Source: Macrostomum hystrix (Eukaryota; Animalia; Platyhelminthes). From it: 64,000 nt of DNA. The stretch is taken from contig CATNEN010000029.1 of the NCBI GenBank assembly GCA_950097015.1, forward strand, positions 248,001 through 312,000, given 5' to 3'. The notes under the pieces are model-generated. The model saw only the letters and a program-made list of their open reading frames with translations, made no database searches and was not told the origin of the DNA. Numbering within the stretch: position 1 is the stretch's first letter; each line of letters opens with the position of its first letter. Positions 1-12,042 of this stretch are shown piece after piece. Position numbers and translations under genes: made by a program.

Positions 1-735
1 GAATTGGTGGTAATGGATTCTGGAGGTGAACTGAACTGGAGTTAATGGATTCTGGATGTGAACTGAATTGGTGGCAATGGATACTGGAGGTGAACTTAAT
101 TGGTGGCAATGGATTCTGGATGTGAACTGAATTGGTGGTAATGGATTCTGGAGGTGAACTGAACTGGTGGTAATGGATTCTGGATGTGAACAGAATTGGT
201 GGCAATGGATTCTGGAGGTGAACTGAATTGGTGGCAATGGATACTGGAGGTGAACTGAATTGGTGGCAATGGATTCTGGAGGTGAACTGAACTGGAGGTA
301 ATGGATTCTGGAGGTGAACTGAATTGCTGGCAATGGATTCTGGAGGTGAACTGAATTGGTGGCAATGGATACTGGAGGTGAACTGAATTGGTGGCAATGG
401 ATTCTGGAGGTGAACTGAATTGGTGGCAATGGATACTGGAGGTGAACTGAATTGGTGGTAATGGATTCTGGAGGTGAACTGAATTGGTGGCAATGGATTC
501 TGGAGGTGAACTGAATTGGTGGTAATGGATTCTGGAGGTGAACTGAATTGGTGGCAATGGATTCTGGAGGTGAACTGAATTGGTGGTAATGGATTCTGGA
601 GGTGAACTGAATTGGTGGCAATGGATACTGGAGGTGAACTGAATTGGTGGCAATGGATACTGGAGGTGAACTGAATTGGTGACAATGGATTCTGGATATG
701 AACTTAATTGGTTTTAATGGATACTAGAGGTGATC
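1..735. repeat. Minisatellite, 32-bp unit
   Basis: Unit GAATTGGTGGCAATGGATTCTGGAGGTGAACT, over 20 copies, truncated by the window start. Confidence 0.95.
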
Positions 736-1143
736 TAAATAGGAGTGTGAAAAAATTGGCACCATCAAATTGTACCTACAATTTGAAAAATTCCTGATAA
801 GCACTCAGAGTTTTTGGATTCTTTGCTCCCACAAAGCAACTGAAAAAATGGCTCTTTAATTGCTACAAGAAGCAATGTATGAGGAAAAATATTTTTTTCA
901 TGTAACACAGCCTTTGTGATCGCTACAAGAGCAAATTGGTCGTGTTTTTGCAAGCACATTCTAACTCAGTTTTTTTCTGTTTTGTCTGATCTTGTCAGTT
1001 TTTTAATCTGTATAAATTAGAATTTTGATAATTTAAATTCGCACCTTTCTACCAGACGGGTACACTAAATGACCATCGCACTTTCATGTATACGATGAAT
1101 AGTTGTGTACTAATTACAACATCCTTAGCAATTGAGAAAACGA

Positions 1144-2272
1144 GTAGATACCCCTAATTCTCCAGGATACAGGTGAATGCCCCTAATTCTCTACGATAAA
1201 ATTAGATACACCTAATTCTTCTGAATACAGGTATAGCTACCGCATTAATTCCTGTAATTCCTGAATACATGTCGATGGTACTGGTCCTCCAGACTACATG
1301 TGGATACCACTGATCCTCCAAAGTATGTGTAGATATCATTGGTCCTCCAGAATTCATGTCGATACCCCTGATTCTCCAGAGTACAGGTGGATACCACTGA
1401 TCCTCCAAAGTACGTGTGGATATCACTGGTCCTCCAGAATTCATGTCGATTAACCCCTGATTCTCCAGAGTACAGGTGGATACCACTGATCCTCCAAAGT
1501 ATGTGTAGATATCATTGGTCCTCCAGAATTCATGTCGATACCCCTGATTCTCCAGAGTACAGGTGGATACCCCTAATCCTCCAAAGTATGCGTGGATATC
1601 ACTGGTCCTCCAGAATTCATGTCGATACCCCTGATTCTCCAGAGTACAGGTGGATACCCCTAATCCTCCAAAGTATGCGTGGATATCACTGGTCCTCCAG
1701 AATTCATGTCGATACCCCTGATTCTCCAGAGTACAGGTGGATACCCCTGATCCTCCAAAGTACGTGTGGATATCACTGGTCCTCCAGAATTCATGTCGAT
1801 ACCCCTGATTCTCCAGAGTACAGGTGGATACCACTGATCTTCCAAAGTATGTGTAGATATCACTGGTCCTCCAGAATTCATGCCGATTAACCCCTGATTC
1901 TCCAGAGTACAGGTGGATACCACTGATCCTCCAAAGCATGTGTAGATATCACTGGTCCTCCAGAATTCATGTCGATACCCCTGATTCTCCAGAGTACAGG
2001 TGGATACCACTGATCCTCCAAAGTATGTGTGGATATCACTGGTCCTCCAGAATTCATGTCGATTAACCCCTGATTCTCCAGAGTACAGGTGGATACCACT
2101 GATCCTCCAAAGTATGTGTGGATATCACTGGTCCTCCAGAATTCATGTCGATACCCCTGATTCTCCAGAGTACAGGTGGATACCACTGATCCTCCAAAGT
2201 ATGTGTGGATAACACTGGTCCTCCAGATTTCATGTCGATACCCCTGATTCTCCAGAGTACAGGTGGATACCC
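1144..2272. repeat. Higher-order tandem repeat, 87-bp unit made of three 29-bp monomers
   Basis: GAATTCATG recurs every 87 or 89 bp. Monomers TGGATACCACTGATCCTCCAAAGTATGTG / TAGATATCACTGGTCCTCCAGAATTCATG / TCGATACCCCTGATTCTCCAGAGTACAGG. Confidence 0.92.
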
Positions 2273-3352
2273 TTGTCCTACTTGTAAATAAGAATGGGTA
2301 ATTGTGGAAGTCACATAATATTGTTCAATAGATCTACACTCGAGCTCCTTCAGACCCTCTCGTGCGTGCATTTCGTATGTGCATTAGCTTTATCAGAGCA
2401 GGCATATTTTGCGGTCATAAAATTCCTGGCACACTAGACTGATAGTGCATTGCTCAGCTAGTTCTGCCTATTCGCGGTACTAGACCTTGGTTTGCTTAAG
2501 TACAGTCAGAAACTCGTTGCCAGCGTGTGTGCCACAAGGCCAAATTTACTGTCTCTGCTAACAGTTCGTCGACATTTTTTATTTCGCTTGAAGCACCGAA
2601 CTAACTTTCAGAATCAAACTTCAGTTTTTTGGTTTTTAAAAAACGAACGACATGGAACGAAACTGCTCTGAGCGTTGAAAAAAACACTGAATAAGATCTG
2701 CATTTTACTTTTCCTTTTCATGTGATTACTTAACATGAATGGGGTAAGTGCATTATGTTTATATGCTTTTACTAGTTTGCATTTTTTAACGAACCATTTT
2801 ACGAAAGATCACAAAAGTAACGAGTGTCACAGACTGATTGGTTAATTGTTTGTCTCATGGGTACAATGGTACATGGGAATTTCAGAGAATTTCCTAGATT
2901 CCAATGTATCCAGGTGGACACTGTATCTGCCTATGCCCTGAGTCTCTACTCAATGCTGCATCATCAATTCCCTCTTGGACACCCTTGGGATTTGTTGCCA
3001 ATTGTCAGGAGTAATGTTTTCCTATCAGATTTTCTCTTGGCATTAGGGATTCTCTTAGAGAAATAAAGGAAGCTCTTTTACTGATATTCACGCAGCGCGC
3101 ATACTACCCTGACCAACAGATTCCGCCCAGCCGAAAGCTCCATCGAGGAATCCAGCAGGAACCAGTGCTGAAACTGGTTGTCCCCCTGTCCAGCTACTCC
3201 CTGTCTGCCACCCCATGCTGTAGGCCAATCAGGACCCGACTTCGAGCCTGAAGCCTGCGAAGGCCCCCAAGGGCTGCACTGAGGTGAAAGGAAAAGACAA
3301 ATCGCACAGCTGCAGTGGGTCTCGCCCTGTGTCGCTCTAATCGCATCGGACT

Positions 3353-4819
3353 ATGCCGTCCAGCCAGCCTACCGCCACGACCACCGCGACGCTGATCTTG
3401 GCCGCGAATGCCAGCGCCAAGACCGCCCTGGAACTGGAGGAGGAATGGGGCCGAGTGTTCTACTCTAGGCTGAACTCCTACTTCCTCATCTGGTACCTGC
3501 CGCTGCTGCTGCTCATTGGCACGCTGGGTGCGGTGTTTTGCACCCTCTTCATCTTCATGTCCAAGATTTTCCCTAAGATCATTCAGGTCTGGCTAATTAG
3601 CATCTGCTTCGGAGACTTCATGATCCTCATGTGGGACGCCCTGCGCATGTTCACCAAGATGGCGTTCGACTACGACTTCCGCGACTCTGGCATCGTTATC
3701 TGCAAGATGCAGGCCTATCTGGGCAACTTTTTCTTTCACTGGAGCGCCTACAACCAGGCCGCAATGTCCATCCAGCGCCTGGTGTTCATCAGCTTCCCGC
3801 TTCGCTCCAGGACTCTGTTAACCACACGTCGCGTCATCGGCATCTGGGCCTGCATGGGCCTCCTGCTGCTGTTTCCGAACATCACCTACCTCATCTACTG
3901 GCACATCGGCGAGCACGACGACTGCGAGCCAGTGAACAAGTGGTTCTACTACGTCACCACACTGGTGCACCTTGTGGTCTGGGGCATCATTCCTTTGGCC
4001 TCCATGACTGTCTCAACCGCCTGCATCTCCTACCGGCTCATTCGCTACAGACGGTCTAACTTCAAGACGAAAAGCGATGGACGAGGCGCTGGGGAGGGTG
4101 AAGGAGGTGACTGCACCAGCGGCGGTGCCTCTGAGGTTCACCAGCCAACAGTGATCAGTGGAAGGCGTCATGGCTCAGACCAAGGAGCTCACGTGACCCG
4201 TCTGCTCGTCTCCATGAACCTATTTTACCTGTGCACTACATTTCCGCTGTTAATCTACATGATGCACCTGAACTTTCGCCTGGAGAACAAAGTCGGCGTC
4301 ACCATCGCCAAAAGCGTGCACAAGTCCTACTATTACCTGTTCCGATCGATCGCGTTCCTGAACGCTTCGCTCAACTGGGTGTTCTACTGCGCCGCTGGCA
4401 AGATCTTCCGCCAGGCCGCCAAACGCATCCTCTGCCGACTGTTCTGTCCACAGCGGCTCCGATTCCGCGGCGGCGTCGCCGGCGGTCGCGGAGCTGGAGC
4501 CCCCCCAAATCGGCACCGGAACCACCAGCACCATCTGTTGCAGAACCGTCGGGCCGGCTCGCCTGAGGCCACCTCCAGGGCTGATGCCACCGCCACGGCC
4601 ACCATAACAGTGCCCCTCATTCAGCAGCAGCCGCTGGACTACTCCCACAGCGATTGCGGAGACTGTACTGCGCAGGCGGTTCAGGCGACAATTAGCGTTG
4701 ATGGAGGGTTGTACGGAGATGACTTCAGCTGTGACAACAGCGGCAGCGGCTGCGGTGGCGGCGGCAGCGGCTGCGATGAGAAGCCTATTCCGCTGCTTCC
4801 TCGGACCTGTGTCGACTGA
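3353..4819 (+). CDS. Intronless class A (rhodopsin-like) GPCR, peptide-receptor-like (FMRFamide/myosuppressin/Srw-like group), 488 aa
   Basis: Single ORF with GC3-rich codons and seven hydrophobic segments. TM3 end AMSIQRLVFISFP is a DRY-equivalent, with an ECL Cys pair, TM6 CTTFP and TM7 NASLNWVFYC followed by helix-8 GKIFRQ. Confidence 0.9.
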   Translation: MPSSQPTATTTATLILAANASAKTALELEEEWGRVFYSRLNSYFLIWYLPLLLLIGTLGAVFCTLFIFMSKIFPKIIQVWLISICFGDFMILMWDALRMFTKMAFDYDFRDSGIVICKMQAYLGNFFFHWSAYNQAAMSIQRLVFISFPLRSRTLLTTRRVIGIWACMGLLLLFPNITYLIYWHIGEHDDCEPVNKWFYYVTTLVHLVVWGIIPLASMTVSTACISYRLIRYRRSNFKTKSDGRGAGEGEGGDCTSGGASEVHQPTVISGRRHGSDQGAHVTRLLVSMNLFYLCTTFPLLIYMMHLNFRLENKVGVTIAKSVHKSYYYLFRSIAFLNASLNWVFYCAAGKIFRQAAKRILCRLFCPQRLRFRGGVAGGRGAGAPPNRHRNHQHHLLQNRRAGSPEATSRADATATATITVPLIQQQPLDYSHSDCGDCTAQAVQATISVDGGLYGDDFSCDNSGSGCGGGGSGCDEKPIPLLPRTCVD

Positions 4820-6980
4820 ACCGTTAACTGCAATTTTTGCCGCTTTAAAATAGAATTTGCGTTCAACTATGCGATGCTCCTTCAGCGAGCTTTCCCACCG
4901 TTCCTCCAAACTGCCAGAAAATTAGTCTAGCTTTTTTATTTACCTGGAATATACCTGGAAATATACGCGAAGTGTCGCCCAGTTAGCAAAATTTCAACAG
5001 AACTCATGCAACGTAAGTGTAATTAAACTCGCTGATGGACACAAGCGCCTATCTTCGCCCAATCGAATTTTAGTCTATAGTAGAAATTATCCTGTGACCA
5101 GCCGTTTGCATACCGTTTTGTATTACACACCCATATTCACAGTTTCCGTGCGTTAAGCACCAACTCCTGGAGCATCTTTCCCTTAAATATGTAGACTTCT
5201 ATTGCGTTTAAATCTCCTAGTAGCAGCCACGTATTTACTTACCTCTTCGTAGTTGTTTTGAAAGTTTGTTCTTTCTGTTTAGTTATGAATGTTCCGCCAT
5301 GCAGATGCTTCACTTGTACGGTATTATTTTTTGTTTTGGTATAAAAACTTTGAGAACGAATATTTTAAACAACACTGTCCTGATGTCTAGCTACTAGGAT
5401 ATACGTTATTACGTTAAGCGGCGATATTATACAAGTATTTTGTTTAAAAACGATCACTTTAGGACGTTTTTTGTTCCCAAGTGAAGTTTTATGTTGTAAA
5501 AAAGCTGTTTTATTGCCAATGAAGCCCGGGCAAATCGGTCATTTGAAATATTGAATTAGGTCAGACAACTTTCAAGAGCTTCAATTCGAATTGTATTTTA
5601 CCCACCTCAACCTTCCTAAGCTTGTTTTCTAACCCCTTCCTGGTCTCTGATTGGTTAGACGGCCTAAGGGAAGGTCCTGTCAACTGAGAATACGAGCTAG
5701 TGGCTTACGAGTCAAAACGAAGAGCGTTTGCGAACCCGTACATTAGAATCTCCATCCTGCTTCAATTCGAATACTGCACTTACATGGGCAGTTAGCAGAG
5801 CTAAAGAGACAAAGGGCATGGGTGTTTAGTTTGGATTATCCAGCCAAAAAAATGGCCAAGCAAAAGCGTTTCTGGCGAGCTGATGCGGAGGCCATCTCCC
5901 ACCATATGGCACTTTTGTTGCTCTTCCTTTGGCTCCAATCGGGCCAGGCAAAATGTCCCTTTACTATCTGCCTCCCTGTCCCTCTGTCTCATTGCCGCGG
6001 ATAACTGTAAGCTGCAGCCCGGGGGGGCTGAGGTAATCGGGCTTTCATTGTGGCAGCCAGCCGCATTAGCTGTGCCACTGACTGACACGGAGGGGAAGCA
6101 AGCAGGCAACTATATAAAATGGGACGGGGGGAGCTTTGGGAACACGCAGGATTCTCTGAAGAGGCTCCAGGAGCACTGCCTCACTGACTGTGAGCTGCCA
6201 CAGCTGGCCCTCTCACAGTGAAAGCCAGAAGGCGAGGGAGTAGGGGGTACAGAGAGCAGTGAGAGAAGATAAGTTAGCAGCAAGTTGTGTAGTAACATAG
6301 CTGGAAATTCAACGGAAACTGCAACTGTCACTCTCTCTCTCTCACTCTCTCTCTCACGATTTCGCCGCCCTCCGTCCTCGTTGTGTTTCCGCGCGACCCA
6401 GAGCCAGGCGGAGCGGATTGAGGTGGAATAATTTCCTGCAGAATTGATCGCCCGTCGTCCCCACCTCACTGTTGCCCGCGGGGCAGTGTAAATTCTTCCT
6501 TCCAGCGGCAGCCAGCTGTAAGGTCTTCTCCCCATTTTGCACTGAGCACAGATTGCCAACAACATGCAGCTCAGTGGGCAACTGCCCCCTTTATCCAGTG
6601 TTGAAAAAAATGTCTGCAAAATAATTCCAGCCTAGCAAAAGCCATCGAACACTTACCAGCATAGCCCCGAAATCTGAAACACGATCTCAGAGCAAAAGGG
6701 CCTCCTTGCTCGGCGAAGTCTTCTGCCGCTTGATTAACCCACAGTCTGAAATGGCGCTCTCGATGAAACAGAATGAGATTCTGTGACTGAAGTGCAGGGT
6801 ATCGTAGCGTGTAGCGATTATGAAAGAACTGCTGGGCAGGCTTTGATTGGGCATGCAGGAAGTTTGACGCTAACATTCAGTCATTCTCATTCAAATGGCT
6901 GCTCAGGAGGCTGCTATTTTTTAAAACCTTTTGAGTCGGTCTCAAGATCTTCCGAGTTAAAACTTTAGCCTGAATATTTA

Positions 6981-7300
6981 GCGAATGTGGAATGAGTCAA
7001 GCGAATGTGGACTGAGTCAAGCGAATGTGGACTGAGTCAAGCGAATGTGGAATGAGTCATGCGAAGGTGAAATGAGTCAAGCGAATGTGGAATGAGTCAA
7101 GTGAATGTGAAATGAGTCAAACGAATGTGGAATGAGTCAAGTGAATGTGAAATGAGTCAAGCGAATGTGGAATGAGTCATGCGAATGTGAAATGAGTCAA
7201 GCGAATGTGGAATGAGTCAAGCGAATATGGAATGAGTCATGCGAATGTGAAATGAGTCAAGCGAATGTGAAATGAGTCAAGCGAATGTGAAATGAGTCAA
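6981..7300. repeat. Minisatellite, 20-bp unit x16, each containing TGAGTCA
   Basis: Unit GCGAATGTGGAATGAGTCAA. Confidence 0.95.
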
Positions 7301-8135
7301 GCTAATTTTACTCATAGAGTTCTCAATGACCTGATAGGACGATAAAAGTTCACAATATTAACTTACTGAGCAATTGGTTAAAAAACCAGAACCTGTGTAC
7401 ATTGAAATTATAGAGTAAATTATTAACGGATTAATTAACAAACACCTGGCTGACTCAGCCCTCAGTGCAGTATTGAATCTCTGTTTCCCACTCAGCATTC
7501 TCTCATCTTCCTCCTGCTCCAGTTTTGCACTGATGCCAACCACCTGGCAGCTCACTTCACACCGCTGCTAAAGAATGCGTGCAGTGATTCTTGACTGAGC
7601 TGTTTTGGTTTAAGTAGTATAGAGCAATCTCAATGCCGGTCTGGGAACCCCGCCCATGCCCAGTGCTCAGTTGAAGTCTTCTCTCGCCTCCTGCTACCCC
7701 TCTCCACTGGCAAGGAAACCCGCGGATTTAGCTGCCAACAGTCGAGAGAGAAAATCGATAAGTTTAATCCGAAGCTCAGCTTGGTCACCTGAGAGGCGGT
7801 CCCGCCTTGAAATAGATGGAGGCTGTGAGTATTGATGCAATGCCTGATATGAAAGAGATTTTTATCCTCTTTGACTAAATGTTTGTTCCACGGATCAGAT
7901 ACGGCTCGTAGTACAGGGAATTTCATACGAAACTGTCAGCGCCATTCCACTGGCGACACGCAGACATGATCCTTTTTCGTAAAAAAAAATTAAGATTAGG
8001 ATAAAATTCAAATAAAAAAAAAAAGAGAAACCCGAGTCCGGTTCCAAAAATGATTAGTTTCTTTGTCTCTAGGGTAGGCTAGCCCGTTACGTATAAAGCT
8101 GTTCGCGCTTCTATTGGGTGGAGTATCACCACTGA

Positions 8136-11100
8136 TACACTAGGAGGGACTGGTACAAGAGGACTGGGAGACTCTGGTACAAGAGGGACTGGGAGACTCT
8201 GGTACAAGAGGACTGGGAGACTCTGGTACAAGAGGACTGGGAGACACTGGTACAAGAGTGACTGGGAGACTCTGTTACAAGAGGGACTGGGAGACACTGG
8301 TACAAGAGATACTAAGAGACACTGGTACAAGAGGACTGGGAGACTCTGGTACAAGAAGGACTGGGAGACTCTGGTACAAGAGGACTGGGAGACACTGGTA
8401 CAAGAGATACTAGGAGACACTGGTACAAGAGTGACTGGGAGACTCTGTTACAAGAGGGACTGGGAGACACTGGTACAAGAGATACTAAGAGACACTGGTA
8501 CAAGAGGACTGGGAGACTCTGGTACAAGATGGACTGGGAGACACTGGTACAAGAGATACTAGGAGACACTGGTACAAGAGGACTGGGATCGACTCTGGTA
8601 CAAGAGGGGCTGGGAGACACTGGTACAAGAGGGGCTGGGAGACACTGGTACAAGAGGACTGGGAGACACTGGTACAAGAGGACTGGGAGACACTGGTACA
8701 AGAGGACTGAGAGAGACACTTGTACAAGAGGGACTGGGAGACTCTGGTACAAGAAGGACTGGGAGACTCTGGTACAAGAAGGACTGGGAGACTCTGGTAC
8801 AAGAGGACTGGGAGACACTGGTACAAGAGGACTGGGAGACACTGGTACAAGAGGACTGAGAGAGACACTGGTACAAGAGTGACTGGGAGACTCTGGTACA
8901 AGAGGACTGGGAGACACTGGTACAAGAGGACTGGAAGACTCTGGTACAAGAGTGACTGGGAGACTCTGTTACAAGAGGGGCTGGGAGACACTGGTACAAG
9001 AGGGGCTGGGAGACACTGGTACAAGAGGACTGGAGACACTGGTACAAGAGGACTGGGAGACACTGGTACAAGAGGACTGAGAGAGACACTTGTACAAGAG
9101 GGACTGGGAGACTCTGGTACAAGAAGGACTGGGAGACTCTGGTACAAGAAGGACTGGGAGACTCTGGTACAAGAAGGACTGGGAGACTCTGGTACAAGAA
9201 GGACTGGGAGACTCTGGTACAAGAGGACTGGGAGACACTGGTACAAGAGGACTGGGAGACACTGGTACAAGAGGACTGAGAGAGACACTGGTACAAGAGT
9301 GACTGGGAGACTCTGGTACAAGAGGACTGGGAGACACTGGTACAAGAGGACTGGGAGACACTGGTACAAGAGTGACTGGGAGACTCTGTTACAAGAGGGA
9401 CTGGGAGACACTGGTACAAGAGATACTAGGAGACACTGGTACAAGAGGACTGGGAGACTCTGGTACAAGAGGACTGGGAGACTCTGGTACAAGAGGACTG
9501 GGAGACACTGGTACAAGAGTGACTGGGAGACTCTGTTACAAGAGGGACTGGGAGACACTGGTACAAGAGATACTAGGAGACACTGGTACAAGAGGACTGG
9601 GAGACTCTGGTACAAGAGGGACTGGGAGACACTGGTACAAGAGATACTAGGAGACACTGGTACAAGAGGACTGGGATCGACTCTGGTACAAGAGGGGCTG
9701 GGAGACACTGGTACAAGAGGGGCTGGGAGACACTGGTACAAGAGGACTGGGAGACACTGGTACAAGAGGACTGGGAGACACTGGTACAAGAGGACTGAGA
9801 GAGACACTTGTACAAGAGGGACTGGGAGACTCTGGTACAAGAAGGACTGGGAGACTCTGGTACAAGAAGGACTGGGAGACTCTGGTACAAGAGGACTGGG
9901 AGACACTGGTACAAGAGGACTGGGAGACACTGGTACAAGAGGACTGAGAGAGACACTGTTACAAGAGTGACTGGGAGACTCTGGTACAAGAGGACTGGGA
10001 GACACTGGTACAAGAGGACTGGGAGACACTGGTACAAGAGGACTGAGAGAGACACTGGTACAAGAGGACTGAGAGAGACACTGGTACAAGAGGACTGGGA
10101 GACACTGGTACAAGAGGACTGGGAGACACTGGTACAAGAGGACTGGGAGACACTGGTACAAGAGGACTGAGAGAGACACTGGTACAAGAGGACTGGGAGA
10201 CACTGGTACAAGAGGACTGGGAGACACTGGTACAAGAGGACTGGGAGACACTGGTACAAGAGGACTGGGAGACACTGGTACAAGAGGACTGGGAGACACT
10301 GGTACAAGAGGACTGGGAGACACTGGTACAAGAGGGACTGGGAGACTCTGGTACAAGAAGGACTGGGAGACACTGGTACAAGAGGACTGAGAGAGACACT
10401 GGTACAAGAGGACTGAGAGAGACACTGGTACAAGAAGGACTGGGAGACACTGGTACAAGAGGACTGGGAGACACTGGTACAAGAGGACTGGGAGACACTG
10501 GTACAAGAGGACTGAGAGAGACACTGGTACAAGAGGACTGAGAGACACTGGTACAAGAGGACTGGGAGACACTGGTACAAGAGGACTGGGAGACACTGGT
10601 ACAAGAGGGACTGGGAGACTCTGGTACAAGAGGACTGGGAGACACTGGTACAAGAGGACTGGGAGACACTGGTACAAGAGGACTGAGAGAGACACTGGTA
10701 CAAGAGGACTGAGAGAGACACTGGTACAAGAGGACTGGGAGACACTGGTACAAGAGGACTGGGAGACACTGGTACAAGAGGACTGGGAGACACTGGTACA
10801 AGAGGACTGAGAGAGACACTGGTACAAGAGGACTGGGAGACACTGGTACAAGAGGACTGGGAGACACTGGTACAAGAGGACTGGGAGACACTGGTACAAG
10901 AGGACTGGGAGACACTGGTACAAGAGGACTGGGAGACACTGGTACAAGAGGACTGGGAGACACTGGTACAAGAGGGACTGGGAGACTCTGGTACAAGAAG
11001 GACTGGGAGACACTGGTACAAGAGGACTGAGAGAGACACTGGTACAAGAGGACTGAGAGAGACACTGGTACAAGAAGGACTGGGAGACACTGGTACAAGA

Positions 11101-11575
11101 GGACTGGGAGACACTGGTACAAGAGGACTGGGAGACACTGGTACAAGAGGACTGAGAGAGACACTGGTACAAGAGGACTGAGAGACACTGGTACAAGAGG
11201 ACTGGGAGACACTGGTACAATAGGACTGAGAGAGACACTGGTACAAGAGGACTGGGAGACACTGGTACAAGAGGACTGGGAGACACTGGTACAAGAGGAC
11301 TGGGAGACACTGGTACAAGAGGACTGGGAGACACTGGTACAAGAGGACTGAGAGAGACACTGGTACAAGAGGACTGGGAGACACTGGTACAAGAGGACTG
11401 GGAGACACTGGTACAAGAGGACTGGGAGACACTGGTACAAGAGGACTGGGAGACACTGGTACAAGAGGACTGAGAGAGACACTGGTACAAGAGGGACTGG
11501 GAGAGACACTTGTACAAGATGGACTGGGAGACTCTGGTACAAGAGTGACTGGGAGACACTGGTGCAAGAGGGATC
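8136..11575. repeat. Minisatellite, about 24-bp unit, 3.4 kb, with nested block duplications
   Basis: Unit GACTGGGAGACACTGGTACAAGAG with 23-26 bp variants. Confidence 0.95.
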
Positions 11576-12042
11576 TACCCTTTCTGCCCACATTTTCTTC
11601 TACTCTGATAAATTCTTAGTCGTAAATATTTCAAGCAAGAGCAGATAGGAGGGCCAACAACAGAAACAAGATAAGCAGATTTGGTTCGGGTTGCAAAATA
11701 CTCTCATGCGTTAGTTTTGTGGAAGATTAAAATGAAATGAAGCGCAACTAGAAGGTGTCAGGTTGGGAGCTGATTGCTTCCCTGAACTCATGGCTTAAGA
11801 CTGAGAACTCATTAGGAGCAGACCCAAAATTTGAAAGAAATACGAATAACTGTCCGTTCTCATTTCTGTCATATGCAAATTAAACAAAAGACGCCAAGAC
11901 ATTTTTTTCTTATCAGGCACTCAAGTTTCGCTTCAGGTTATAGTCGGTGGGCTCTGGGGCGGTCCTGCTGAGTATGGGAATGTGGCGGGAGAATGCGTTG
12001 GACGCATGGAGGCTGCAGAAAAATACAAAAGGATGGGGAGAG

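Noticed and set aside
1-2272. Shared ATTCTGGAGG between the 32-bp array and the reverse complement of the 29-bp monomer
   Set aside because: A 10-nt match is too short to establish common origin.
3631-4909. Alternative-frame and antisense ORFs over the GPCR, SLC23 and nuclear receptor exons
   Set aside because: Expected shadows of GC3-rich coding sequence.
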